64,000 nt of DNA. Origin: a bacterium. Lineage in GTDB: Bacteria; Chlamydiota; Chlamydiia; Chlamydiales; 2-12-FULL-49-11. The number at the start of each line of letters is the position of its first letter. Within the stretch, counting starts at the first letter, position 1. The position numbers and the translations under genes were made by a program. The notes beneath the pieces were generated by a model that did not search any database, was not told the origin of the DNA, and saw nothing but the letters and a program-made list of their open reading frames with translations. This document shows positions 8,888 to 17,325 of this stretch, one piece after another. The stretch lies in assembly GCA_021847505.1 (NCBI GenBank), contig JAJZEO010000072.1, positions 4,417-68,416 of the forward strand, read 5' to 3'.

Positions 8888-10380
8888 GAAAGTCGATTAC
8901 CCATCTTATGACTACTCTTTCGTCTCTTTCCGAAGAGGGGGTGGCCTTTATAGTCAAAGAGCAAGATAAAGAAATTAAATTAGTCGCTCAACTGGTTGTT
9001 TCACTTGAAGATGAGTTAAAGAATTGCGAACTGATTTCCAACTATTTGCTTAGTGTAATCAAGAAGCTTAATATCAACGAACTAAAGTTCGAAGAATTTC
9101 ACGAAGTGCGCCGAATTGTCGATGAGCACTATATATATGTAAAGAAAGTAACGAGGAAAGAGGGCGTAGGGGAAAAACAAACATTGTTTCTGAGGGCCCA
9201 AACTTTATCCATAAAACTGGGGGGAAAAGTTCCGGTTGAATGGTTGTTAAAAGAAGAGAATAGGGCTTTTTGGCTTTTTATCATCAGAAACTATCTCCAC
9301 CATGATTTGTTTGCTCTTCGTCTCCAAGTTCCTTTCGATTATGCCGATGGACCTTTTATCCCTGTGAAACTAGACGAACTTGGATTGGTTTGGATTCCTT
9401 TTAATCGTATGACGATAGAGCATGATTTAAAAGAGTCCAAAATGAGGTATGAATTCGAGGGAAAATTTCTCTTCGATTCTAATCTTTCTTATGTGCTGGG
9501 TAATGAATACAGTTGCTTTTATGATGGAATCCAACGATACAATATCTATCTAAATACAAGTTGGATCCCTCATGAAAAACGAAACCCTGAGGAATGGGGA
9601 AATAGAAATCTTTTGGAAGTATGGACGGTTAGCAATAAAGACCCAAAAAAACCATCAATGTTTACAAAGACCCATGCTTATATCGTATTAAAAGATCGTC
9701 AAGGCTACATACGAAGCGTTGGGCAAGATGCTTTAATCGATGTGAAACAATACAATCTATTCGAAGTCCTAAGTCGAAAATCGGGATATGGAAAAATTAC
9801 TACCCCAGACAAATACGTCTTTTACCCCACAAACTCGAGACGTTTTTGGCACGTTAAAATGGAGGTAAGTGACCAGGAGTTAGCCAAAGTCATTTCTATT
9901 GTTGAAGCTGATAAGAAAAATAAAGCCCACTCCGTGTCTATCATGAAAAAAAACTGTGTAAGTTATACCTTAAAAATATTGCGAGAAGCTCTTGATTTTG
10001 ATTTGGATGCTTCTATGAATGGGATACATATCTTTTTTAAAAGCCTTCTTCCTGACCACTGGTATCGAAAATTCATGAAACGATTTATTCCTTGGTATGA
10101 GAGACAATCTCCCACAACCCAAAAGCTTATTTGCTTCTTTCCCCCTTTTTATATCGTTTCTGTAGCGACTTCCATCGTGGCTTGGATGATAGCGCAAAAT
10201 AATTACCAAGGTGAAAAGGATTACCATTTGAGTGACTTGATTCTGTATCCTTGGCGCTTACAAGTTGATCATCCTCTTGCATTACATCGGGCATTAGAGC
10301 GTATTGCCGACCAAAAAGGGGTCGTAGATGTGAAAAAGGCAAGGAATGAGGGAGCGCAAGAGCCTAATCAACTTTTTTGA
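8884..10380 (+). CDS. Hypothetical protein, paralogue B. Putative permuted papain-fold (His...NC) enzyme with a C-terminal TM helix
   Basis: 498-aa ORF. His264 lies in a strand-like THAYIVLKD (codon 9673-9675). Cys358 lies in KKNCVSYTLKIL (codon 9955-9957), 94 residues later. A hydrophobic helix ICFFPPFYIVSVATSIVAWMIA follows. This spacing and the NC motif resemble LRAT/H-RAS-like suppressor and PPPDE/DeSI families. Confidence 0.55.
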   Translation: MRKSITHLMTTLSSLSEEGVAFIVKEQDKEIKLVAQLVVSLEDELKNCELISNYLLSVIKKLNINELKFEEFHEVRRIVDEHYIYVKKVTRKEGVGEKQTLFLRAQTLSIKLGGKVPVEWLLKEENRAFWLFIIRNYLHHDLFALRLQVPFDYADGPFIPVKLDELGLVWIPFNRMTIEHDLKESKMRYEFEGKFLFDSNLSYVLGNEYSCFYDGIQRYNIYLNTSWIPHEKRNPEEWGNRNLLEVWTVSNKDPKKPSMFTKTHAYIVLKDRQGYIRSVGQDALIDVKQYNLFEVLSRKSGYGKITTPDKYVFYPTNSRRFWHVKMEVSDQELAKVISIVEADKKNKAHSVSIMKKNCVSYTLKILREALDFDLDASMNGIHIFFKSLLPDHWYRKFMKRFIPWYERQSPTTQKLICFFPPFYIVSVATSIVAWMIAQNNYQGEKDYHLSDLILYPWRLQVDHPLALHRALERIADQKGVVDVKKARNEGAQEPNQLF

Positions 10381-11329
10381 TGGCCAGAATCACTTCGACA
10401 ATGTTGGGGTCGTCTCCGCGTATTCGCGTCAGTTCCGCTCTACAAATAGCCTCTGTATTTCCAGGAGGACGGACTTGATCTCGATTAAAGGTGGCTACTT
10501 TTGCGCTCAGTTCTTGATAAGAGGGTAGAGAGACTACGGCTCGCAGCTCGAGTTCCTGACTTTTTTGGTTGTAAAAGACGGAGGTAGATCCATTTTTTGG
10601 AAGAGCAAAAATTGACTCTTCAAAAAAATCGAGGAGCCTATCGACTGGATGCCCGCTATTTTGACTCACGACTTTGACGCCACAAAGATCCATTCCTTCC
10701 TGCACTACTTCTCGTTTAAATGCGATACGATCAGCATAATTGAGTACCAGGGCCCCTTCTTCTTTGATCTGTCTTGAAATCAAACGATTTTGTTGCCATT
10801 CTTGAATCTCCCGGTTTTTTCTAGAAAAAGTGCAGATCTCGTTTTGCTGTTGGGGGGAGATGTAGGTCATAATCGAGACCTGAGTAAGCAAGTCTCCATG
10901 GTAGGTTCTTCGAATGAGAATTTGATGGGATTCTCTATTCCCCCGTTGAACTAGCTCTGAAGTAATCAGGTCAAGATCGACATCTTTCGATGAAGAGAAG
11001 GGGAGATAGGCCTCTTCAACTAGATGACGAAAGAACTCATGGGATTTTAGGCCGCCAGATTCTTTTTTCAAATGTATTAATTCTTCTCTAACAAGTTTTG
11101 TTGTTGTCCAAGACCATTTGGGCCAAGGTTTGTCCCAAGAGCAAAATAGGAGCTGCAATAGCCTTACAGCCATCTCGTAGACATAGTTTGCGAGCCCGAC
11201 GATCCCTTCGTAATAACGAACAGTCTCTGTGCTCAGGGCTAAAGGTTCCCTTGATACTTCATAGGAAACTGTATCAATTCCTTCATGATGGAGGAGGAGT
11301 CTATTAGCGTCAGCGCTTACAAGATTCAT
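10364..11329 (-). CDS. Hypothetical protein (orphan)
   Basis: 321-aa ORF at the distal end of the ruvB-spoIID co-directional string. It converges on and overlaps the 498-aa ORF by 17 nt. I recognise no motif. Confidence 0.5.
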   Translation of the reverse strand: MNLVSADANRLLLHHEGIDTVSYEVSREPLALSTETVRYYEGIVGLANYVYEMAVRLLQLLFCSWDKPWPKWSWTTTKLVREELIHLKKESGGLKSHEFFRHLVEEAYLPFSSSKDVDLDLITSELVQRGNRESHQILIRRTYHGDLLTQVSIMTYISPQQQNEICTFSRKNREIQEWQQNRLISRQIKEEGALVLNYADRIAFKREVVQEGMDLCGVKVVSQNSGHPVDRLLDFFEESIFALPKNGSTSVFYNQKSQELELRAVVSLPSYQELSAKVATFNRDQVRPPGNTEAICRAELTRIRGDDPNIVEVILAIKKVD

Positions 11330-11341
11330 AATATCAATGTA

Positions 11342-11710
11342 TTACTTTTTTGAAGATTCATCGATTTCGTGGCTCAAGCTTTCTTCATCCTCAGCCTCGG
11401 TGCTGATCTCTGGGTCTAAAAATTCCCTAGCAATCATATAGATTGCGGCAATGACCAGGATGACAGGGGCAAGGACTTCCCATTCTATGTCATATCCTGA
11501 AACGAGAAAACCCCCGCCAAAAATGGCAATGGTAAGAAACATGTCGTACATTCTGCCGAGAAGAAAGTGTCGAATCGCTAGTGGTAGCCCAATGGCAAGC
11601 AAAACTCCTGGCCACCATTGGTTGGTGAAGAGGAGAAAAGCTATGGCTATCAAAAACGCAGAAGAGGAAATCGCTTTTGCTCTACGGTAGGAAACCCTTG
11701 GATGTGACAT
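11342..11710 (-). CDS. Small integral membrane protein with an acidic C-terminal tail
   Basis: 122 aa with three hydrophobic segments (AFLIAIAFLLF, GVLLAIGLPLAI, FLTIAIFGGGFLV / LAPVILVIAAIYMI) and a tail EAEDEESLSHEIDESSKK. It lies 6 nt downstream of spoIID. Confidence 0.55.
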   Translation of the reverse strand: MSHPRVSYRRAKAISSSAFLIAIAFLLFTNQWWPGVLLAIGLPLAIRHFLLGRMYDMFLTIAIFGGGFLVSGYDIEWEVLAPVILVIAAIYMIAREFLDPEISTEAEDEESLSHEIDESSKK

Positions 11711-11716
11711 ATACTC

Positions 11717-12919
11717 CTAATCTTTTTTGAATGACTCAGGCATTTTACTCAATTTTACAATATGTGTCGACGGGTAAAATTCGGCAAGAATTTGGGGCAT
11801 CGAGGTCCCATTTTTGGCCATTTGGTCTGCAGTAAAGAGGCAAATACCCACTCCCGAGCCTTTACCATACCCCTCAAAGAAGAGGTCGTCCTTGACTAAA
11901 GAGACGTTAAATTCGGTGCTTAGGATGCGAGATGTGCCCACGAGCTTTTGAAACTCAAATATAGACATCTCATTAAACTGCTTTTTATCGTTAAAACGAA
12001 TCGCGTAGACTTTTTTTGAGACGGGATCTTTATAGACATCGACTGATTCGACCTTTTCTAGATTAAGGAGTCTGGCCAAGTAGGAGTTGTTGAGGGTGCA
12101 TTTCCATCGGGAATCAGCCCGTTCTTTTTGTGCATAACCGACGAGCACTCCGTCAGGTCCATCGCCCTTTTTTCGAAAAATTGCCTCGTAACTTGCAGTT
12201 TTTCCTCCGCAATGTTCTGTCCAAGTGGTCGAAAAGGGGAGTTCTTTATGAGTCATAATCATCCCTTTAGTGGAGAGTACGGCCTTTTCCATTGCATCGT
12301 TGATTTTTGTCTGGGCTTCCCCAAAGTATTGGACATCTTTAGCCCGAACATCCCAATAGGGATTAAATGAATGAGCTACGGTATTATAGACATGGGTCCT
12401 TAATGCAATTGCGATCGCATCGCAGACGGCCGGCTCATGCTTTTCGCAAGCAAACTCCTGTGATAAAACGGAGCGTAAGTAGTCTTCAACATCGACTTCA
12501 TTGACGATTTGGATTTTGGCATTGATATCATAAGTCTCGATATTGCCCTTATATTGAATGCCGTCAACGAGTACTGTGGAATCGGGGCTTGAAGGAACAA
12601 TCTTTATTTGGTGCACCCCTGGGTAACCCTCGCCCCATTTCAGGCCTGCTTTATTGGTTTGGAGGTAGTAACGTTTCCCTCTAAATCCAGAGCTGAGCAG
12701 TTTTTGGTTTTCAGGGTTGAAAACTTTATAAGCACCTCGAACGTCAAGGAGTGTTCCATCGACATTTTCCGAGATGAGGACTTTTATGTATACTGGCTTA
12801 ACCACTTCTTCAGGGGTGGCTTCTATAGAAGAGAGCTCATCCTCAAATGCAGCATGAAGAATAGCCGTGAAAGCAATGGCAATAAAAGTAAATCTAGTAA
12901 CCCAAGTGTTCATAGGCAA
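11717..12919 (-). CDS. spoIID: SpoIID/LytB-family peptidoglycan-remodelling protein
   Basis: 400 aa with an N-terminal signal/anchor. The SpoIID-like pattern is VEDYLRSVLSQEF...AIAIALRTHVYN...DVRAKDVQYFGE...STKGMIMTH...TEHCGGKTASYEAIF. Confidence 0.8.
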   Translation of the reverse strand: MPMNTWVTRFTFIAIAFTAILHAAFEDELSSIEATPEEVVKPVYIKVLISENVDGTLLDVRGAYKVFNPENQKLLSSGFRGKRYYLQTNKAGLKWGEGYPGVHQIKIVPSSPDSTVLVDGIQYKGNIETYDINAKIQIVNEVDVEDYLRSVLSQEFACEKHEPAVCDAIAIALRTHVYNTVAHSFNPYWDVRAKDVQYFGEAQTKINDAMEKAVLSTKGMIMTHKELPFSTTWTEHCGGKTASYEAIFRKKGDGPDGVLVGYAQKERADSRWKCTLNNSYLARLLNLEKVESVDVYKDPVSKKVYAIRFNDKKQFNEMSIFEFQKLVGTSRILSTEFNVSLVKDDLFFEGYGKGSGVGICLFTADQMAKNGTSMPQILAEFYPSTHIVKLSKMPESFKKD

Positions 12920-13868
12920 ATTTTGTTACCTCCCGTCCTCTTGGCCCACGTTTGATAAATCCTTGCATAATTAGATAAGGTTCATAAACCTCAGCTAATG
13001 TTGTTTCATCCTCGCCCAATGTTTGAGCAATGGTCTTGAGTCCCACCGGTCCCCCGTCATGAAGTTCGATGATCATCTCAAGAATTTTTTTATCCATTTC
13101 ATCGAGGCCTTTCTCATCGACCTTGATCATAGTACAAGCCTCTCTTACGCAGGAAACATCGATCTGATTTCCATTATGCAGCTGAGCATAATCGCGCACC
13201 CATCGGAGTATGTTGTTAGCTATGCGTGGTGTTCCTCGGGCCCGTTTAGCAATCGCCTCGGCCGCTTCGCGGCTCGTTTCACAGCCTAATATTTTTGCTG
13301 AACGGAAGACAATTTCGGTCAAATTGTGTAGGTCATAATATTCAAGTCGGATCACAATGGGAAATCTAGAACGTAAGGGTGAGGTTAGGTTGCCTACTTT
13401 TGTCGTTGCCCCGATCAGGGAAAAATGGTTGAGGGTAACTTGGACAGATCTTGCATTAGCCCCAGAATCAATCATCAAATCGAGATGAAAATCTTCCATT
13501 GCTGGATAGAGGTATTCCTCCATAGTCCTGGACATTCGATGGATCTCGTCGATAAAGAAAAGATCATTTTCGCCAAGGTTGGTCAATATCCCAGCAAGAT
13601 CACCGGCTTTTTCTAACGCAGGCCCCGATGCAGTGACGAGAGAAGCGCCCATTTCATGGGCAAGAATTGAAGCGAGTGTTGTTTTCCCAAGTCCTGGTGG
13701 GCCATGAAACAGAATGTGTCCCACTGCCTCATTACGTCCTTTGGCCGCCTCAATAATTACTTTGAGTCTACGGACGACATCATCATGCCCAATGAACTCA
13801 GACAAGCTCTTGGGCCTAAGTTTCAGCTCGAATCCTTGATCAGAATCTTTCAAATTAGTCCCGCTCAT
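12894..13868 (-). CDS. ruvB: Holliday junction branch migration helicase RuvB
   Basis: 324 aa with LRPKSLSEFIGHDDV, Walker A GPPGLGKTTLA, FIDEIHR and a C-terminal winged helix (YEPYLIMQGFIKRGPRGR). Confidence 0.96.
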   Translation of the reverse strand: MSGTNLKDSDQGFELKLRPKSLSEFIGHDDVVRRLKVIIEAAKGRNEAVGHILFHGPPGLGKTTLASILAHEMGASLVTASGPALEKAGDLAGILTNLGENDLFFIDEIHRMSRTMEEYLYPAMEDFHLDLMIDSGANARSVQVTLNHFSLIGATTKVGNLTSPLRSRFPIVIRLEYYDLHNLTEIVFRSAKILGCETSREAAEAIAKRARGTPRIANNILRWVRDYAQLHNGNQIDVSCVREACTMIKVDEKGLDEMDKKILEMIIELHDGGPVGLKTIAQTLGEDETTLAEVYEPYLIMQGFIKRGPRGREVTKFAYEHLGY

Positions 13869-13938
13869 GAAATTCTTATAGCAGAAAAACTATTTGTGCA
13901 TCTATAACTAAAACAAACCATTGTTAAAGGAGTGAAGA

Positions 13939-14505
13939 ATGTCGCTGCAACCTGATTCGTGGATTAAAGAAATGGCTGAGAAGAATGAGATGATAGAGCC
14001 TTTTGTTGATCATCTTGTGCGAGAGGAAAATGGAAAGAAGGTAATTAGCTATGGATTATCGAGCTACGGCTATGATTTAAGAGTTTCAAATCAATTTAAA
14101 GTGTTTACCAATATCAATTATTCTCTAGTTGATCCCAAGGGATTTACTGAAAATGAATTCATCCATGTTGAAGCCGATGAATGTATAGTCCCTCCCAATT
14201 CATTTGCTCTTGCAGTGAGTGTTGAGTATTTTCGCATTCCTAAAGACGTGCTTACTATTTGCATTGGAAAATCGACTTATGCTAGATGTGGGATCATAGT
14301 CAACGTTACACCTTTTGAGCCCGAATGGGAAGGCTATGTTACCTTAGAAATTTCGAATACGACGCCTCTTCCGGCAAAAATTTATGCAAATGAGGGATTG
14401 GCTCAAGTGCTTTTCTTGAAAGGGGCAAAACCTTGTGACGTGACTTATGCTGACCGAAAAGGTAAGTATATGAAACAAGTAGGAATCACCATCCCAAGGA
14501 TGTAA
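13939..14505 (+). CDS. dcd: dCTP deaminase
   Basis: 188 aa with [18 protein letters not shown] and the [13 protein letters not shown] motifs of the dCTP deaminase/dUTPase fold. Confidence 0.93.
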   Translation: MSLQPDSWIKEMAEKNEMIEPFVDHLVREENGKKVISYGLSSYGYDLRVSNQFKVFTNINYSLVDPKGFTENEFIHVEADECIVPPNSFALAVSVEYFRIPKDVLTICIGKSTYARCGIIVNVTPFEPEWEGYVTLEISNTTPLPAKIYANEGLAQVLFLKGAKPCDVTYADRKGKYMKQVGITIPRM

Positions 14506-14506
14506 C

Positions 14507-14944
14507 GTGGTTAAAGAACACTTTGATACTCACGATAAGCCAGAGAATGAAATTCGATACTGTATCTATCAGTTGATGGATCATTTTGAAAAGATTGATT
14601 CGATTATGACTAGACTGCTTGCCTTTGAGGTGAAAGAAGAAAAAGCGATCGACCAGGTTGAACAGCTTTTGATTGAAATGGAAAAACACCATTTACGCAT
14701 GCATCACCTGGTCAAAGAATTCGAAAAAGAGCAATCGATTGGTGAGGAAATTGTTTACCAATCATCTTCGCTTCATGAAGCGATTCGTCGGACCTATAAT
14801 TTGCTCTCTACACTCAATATTATCGACCTTAATCATGAGAGTTGGGTATCCAAAACAACTCGTTGTTTGGTTGACAAAGTCTACTATCGACAGATCAAGT
14901 CACTTGTTTATAAAAGTGTTCCGAAAAGAGTTGAAGAAATTTAA
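14507..14944 (+). CDS. Hypothetical small helical protein
   Basis: 145-aa ORF with a GTG start 1 nt after the dcd stop. It is predicted to be all-helical and charged. No motif recognised. Confidence 0.4.
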   Translation: MVKEHFDTHDKPENEIRYCIYQLMDHFEKIDSIMTRLLAFEVKEEKAIDQVEQLLIEMEKHHLRMHHLVKEFEKEQSIGEEIVYQSSSLHEAIRRTYNLLSTLNIIDLNHESWVSKTTRCLVDKVYYRQIKSLVYKSVPKRVEEI

Positions 14945-14977
14945 AAAAATTTTTCACAAAATTGACCATTTTTGCTA

Positions 14978-15002
14978 GGTTGCGGTCATGTAACCGATTT
15001 TT
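14978..15002 (+). terminator. Possible weak intrinsic terminator or attenuator hairpin
   Basis: GGTTGC-ggtcat-GTAACC (6-bp stem including one G-U pair) is followed by gaTTTTT. It sits between the first and second small ORFs. Confidence 0.25.
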
Positions 15003-15305
15003 GTGGGGATCGATTTGATAGAAAAGTTGTTTTCAGATGTGTATCAGGGGCAGTTGACGACGAGAGAGGCAGGAAGAGTCTTGCATGCTTTGTGCAATTT
15101 GAGAGGTTTAAATCCGACAATCGAATCTCCTGTCACGTTGCTGATGACGACAGAACAGGGGAGAAAAAGTTTGCACGAGTATGAAACGTTTTTCACACAA
15201 ATGAATTGGTTAATGGCTAAACTTTCAGCGCAAATCATTCCAATTGAGATTGCAATTGAACAATTTAGGCAATCTATGGATGATTTGAGTAGGACATTTA
15301 AGTGA
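15003..15305 (+). CDS. Hypothetical small helical protein sharing a module with the next ORF
   Basis: 100-aa ORF with a GTG start and no upstream ATG. By eye it aligns with residues ~25-115 of the next ORF (IDLIEKL / IDLLHKL; GQLTTREAG / GKLGKEEVK; ES; LHEYETFFTQ / LEHFLNQ; IIPIEIAI / KVPLYEAI). Confidence 0.4.
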   Translation: MGIDLIEKLFSDVYQGQLTTREAGRVLHALCNLRGLNPTIESPVTLLMTTEQGRKSLHEYETFFTQMNWLMAKLSAQIIPIEIAIEQFRQSMDDLSRTFK

Positions 15306-15319
15306 GCGAGGAAAATGGT

Positions 15320-15982
15320 ATGCAACAATTTATTAAAATGAGAAAACAGGTAAGTATGACAGAGTCAACGAGGCTTGTATTGAATAAGTCAATAGACTTA
15401 TTGCACAAACTTTCAAATGGCAAATTAGGAAAAGAAGAGGTGAAGAAGGAGATCACTATCCTTCTTTCGACTTATTATGTCACTGTCCATCCTGAGAGTG
15501 GGCATGTTGATAGCCCAGAAAAAAAATTAAAACTCGAGCATTTTCTAAATCAAGCTTATGAAATTGCTGAACAGGTAGAATCGGGAAAGGTGCCGCTCTA
15601 TGAAGCCATCATGTTGATGAATAAGGTAGTGGTCAGTTTAAAGCCGAATGAGAGTGAATCTGAAGAAGAAAATAGAGTTCAGACGACTACGAAGGCCCCC
15701 TCATACCCTGCTGAGAGAGAAGTTATTCGATTTCGACCTGTGGAGAAACAAACTAACAGTGCAGTCTTTGATGAAGTCGCCCTTGAGAACCAAGAGACGA
15801 ATCTCAAAGTGGCTGATCGATTCGAACTTCGTAAACCAGAAAGGCAAAGCCAAAATGAAGATTCTGAAGTGACCGAATTAATTAGTGATGTGTTGAAACA
15901 GAAGAAGGCGCTTGAAAATTCGATCTCTCATCTCAATCAATCATTAAGCAAGATCGGATTTGAGCTAAGGCCAATTAAATGA
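15320..15982 (+). CDS. Hypothetical protein: helical N-terminal module plus an acidic low-complexity C-terminus
   Basis: The track ORF 15302..15982 starts at GTG. The ATG at 15320 (MQQFIK) is preceded by GAGGAA 6 nt upstream and is the more likely start. The stop overlaps the adh start (ATGA). Confidence 0.5.
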   Translation: MQQFIKMRKQVSMTESTRLVLNKSIDLLHKLSNGKLGKEEVKKEITILLSTYYVTVHPESGHVDSPEKKLKLEHFLNQAYEIAEQVESGKVPLYEAIMLMNKVVVSLKPNESESEEENRVQTTTKAPSYPAEREVIRFRPVEKQTNSAVFDEVALENQETNLKVADRFELRKPERQSQNEDSEVTELISDVLKQKKALENSISHLNQSLSKIGFELRPIK

Positions 15983-16977
15983 GAGCTCAGGTATTAAGAA
16001 AACCTGGTCCTGTAGAATCCTCTCCTCTTTTAATGGAAGAAGTGGAGCCACCTACGCCTGGTCGGCTTGAGGTTAGGATCAAAGTGCTTGCCTGCGGCAT
16101 TTGTTTAACGGATAAACACATTATCGAAGGCGAGATTCCTCTAATAAAGTCCCCGATCATTCCTGGCCATCAAATTGTGGGAATCATCGACCAGCTAGGG
16201 GAGGGGGTTGACCGTGCTAAAATGGGATTGCTGGTGGGGATCCCTTGGCTACATTCTACTTGCTGTCACTGTTATTATTGTAATATGGACCTCGAAAATT
16301 TGTGTGATCAGGCAACGTTTACTGGATATCATTGTAATGGTGGCTACGCTGAGTACGCATTAGCTAGAATTGATTATCTAGTTGAGTTAGAAGAGAATCC
16401 TGATCCTATTAAAGTGGCCCCACTCTTGTGCGCCGGTGTTGTTGGTTACCGCTCTTACAAACTTTCTACAATAAAACCAGGGCAAAAATTGGGTATATTT
16501 GGGTTTGGGAGTGCTGCCTCTTTAACGATCCAAGTTGCTACGAATTTTGATGTCGATGTAGAGGTCTACACAAGGTCTCTAGAACATAGGAAGATGGCCC
16601 TTGCCTTAGGAGCTACTGTTGCAGAAGATGCCATGGCTGCCCCAGGTCGAAATCTCGATGCAGCTATTATGTTTGCACCGTCAGGGGATTTGATTCGAGT
16701 TGCATTGCAATCGCTTAGAAAATCTGGGTTTCTTGCCGTCAACGCTATCCATACTTCCCCGATTCCTTCAATGTCTTATGATCTTCTTTATCAAGAAAAA
16801 TGCATCAAAACCGTCACTAATGCAACCAGAGAAGACGCGAGAGAGTTTTTCGACCTTGCTACTTCAATTCCCATCAAAAGTACTACAGTTTCTTATCCTC
16901 TTGAGAAAGCCAATGAAGCTTTGGTCGATTTAAAAAAATCAAAATTATGTGGCTCAGCCGTTCTTTCTATGGTATAA
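15979..16977 (+). CDS. Zinc-dependent alcohol dehydrogenase family oxidoreductase (MDR superfamily)
   Basis: 332 aa with CGICLTDKHIIEGE, PGHQIVG, a structural-zinc Cys cluster (CCHCYYCNMDLENLC) and a Rossmann GIFGFGSAA. Confidence 0.85.
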   Translation: MRAQVLRKPGPVESSPLLMEEVEPPTPGRLEVRIKVLACGICLTDKHIIEGEIPLIKSPIIPGHQIVGIIDQLGEGVDRAKMGLLVGIPWLHSTCCHCYYCNMDLENLCDQATFTGYHCNGGYAEYALARIDYLVELEENPDPIKVAPLLCAGVVGYRSYKLSTIKPGQKLGIFGFGSAASLTIQVATNFDVDVEVYTRSLEHRKMALALGATVAEDAMAAPGRNLDAAIMFAPSGDLIRVALQSLRKSGFLAVNAIHTSPIPSMSYDLLYQEKCIKTVTNATREDAREFFDLATSIPIKSTTVSYPLEKANEALVDLKKSKLCGSAVLSMV

Positions 16978-16997
16978 AGAACTCATCAGGGGTATCG

Positions 16998-17315
16998 ATG
17001 ATGGTTGGGCAAGATCATTTCAAGAGTAATTGTGTTCGAGGTGTCATTTCTTGGAGTCCTGTTTTGGTCTTTGTGTTCGTCTCTTTTTTCTCTTATTCTC
17101 ATGCACATAAGAAAAAGACCGCTGTTTTCGAAGAGTTAAAAACCCGATTTGAAGAGCTGACTATACAGAAGAAAGAAGCGCAAAGAATCCGAGAAGATCT
17201 ACAACTACAAATTGAAAGCCAAAGTGATCCCTTATGGATCGAACAAACCCTCATGCGCGGACTTGGCTTAGTTCCTGAGGGGCAAAAAAAAATTATTTTC
17301 CGTGAGTTAGACTAA
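16998..17315 (+). CDS. ftsB: FtsB/DivIC-like septum formation initiator
   Basis: There is one TM (WSPVLVFVFVSFFSY) and a coiled coil (FEELKTRFEELTIQKKEAQRIREDLQLQIE). The characteristic C-terminal DPLWIEQTLMRGLGLVPEGQKKIIF follows. The start was moved to the ATG at 16998, downstream of the adh stop. Confidence 0.6.
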   Translation: MMVGQDHFKSNCVRGVISWSPVLVFVFVSFFSYSHAHKKKTAVFEELKTRFEELTIQKKEAQRIREDLQLQIESQSDPLWIEQTLMRGLGLVPEGQKKIIFRELD

Positions 17316-17325
17316 GAGACAGTTC

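Noticed and set aside
14673-15328. Alternative-frame ORFs (14673..14978 +, 14972..15184 +, 15044..15328 -) in the small-ORF region
   Set aside because: They overlap the three tandem helical ORFs in other frames. Their translations are Cys/Arg/Ser-rich and lack the paralogy signal seen in the chosen frames. This is the least certain region of the annotation, so the choice is provisional.
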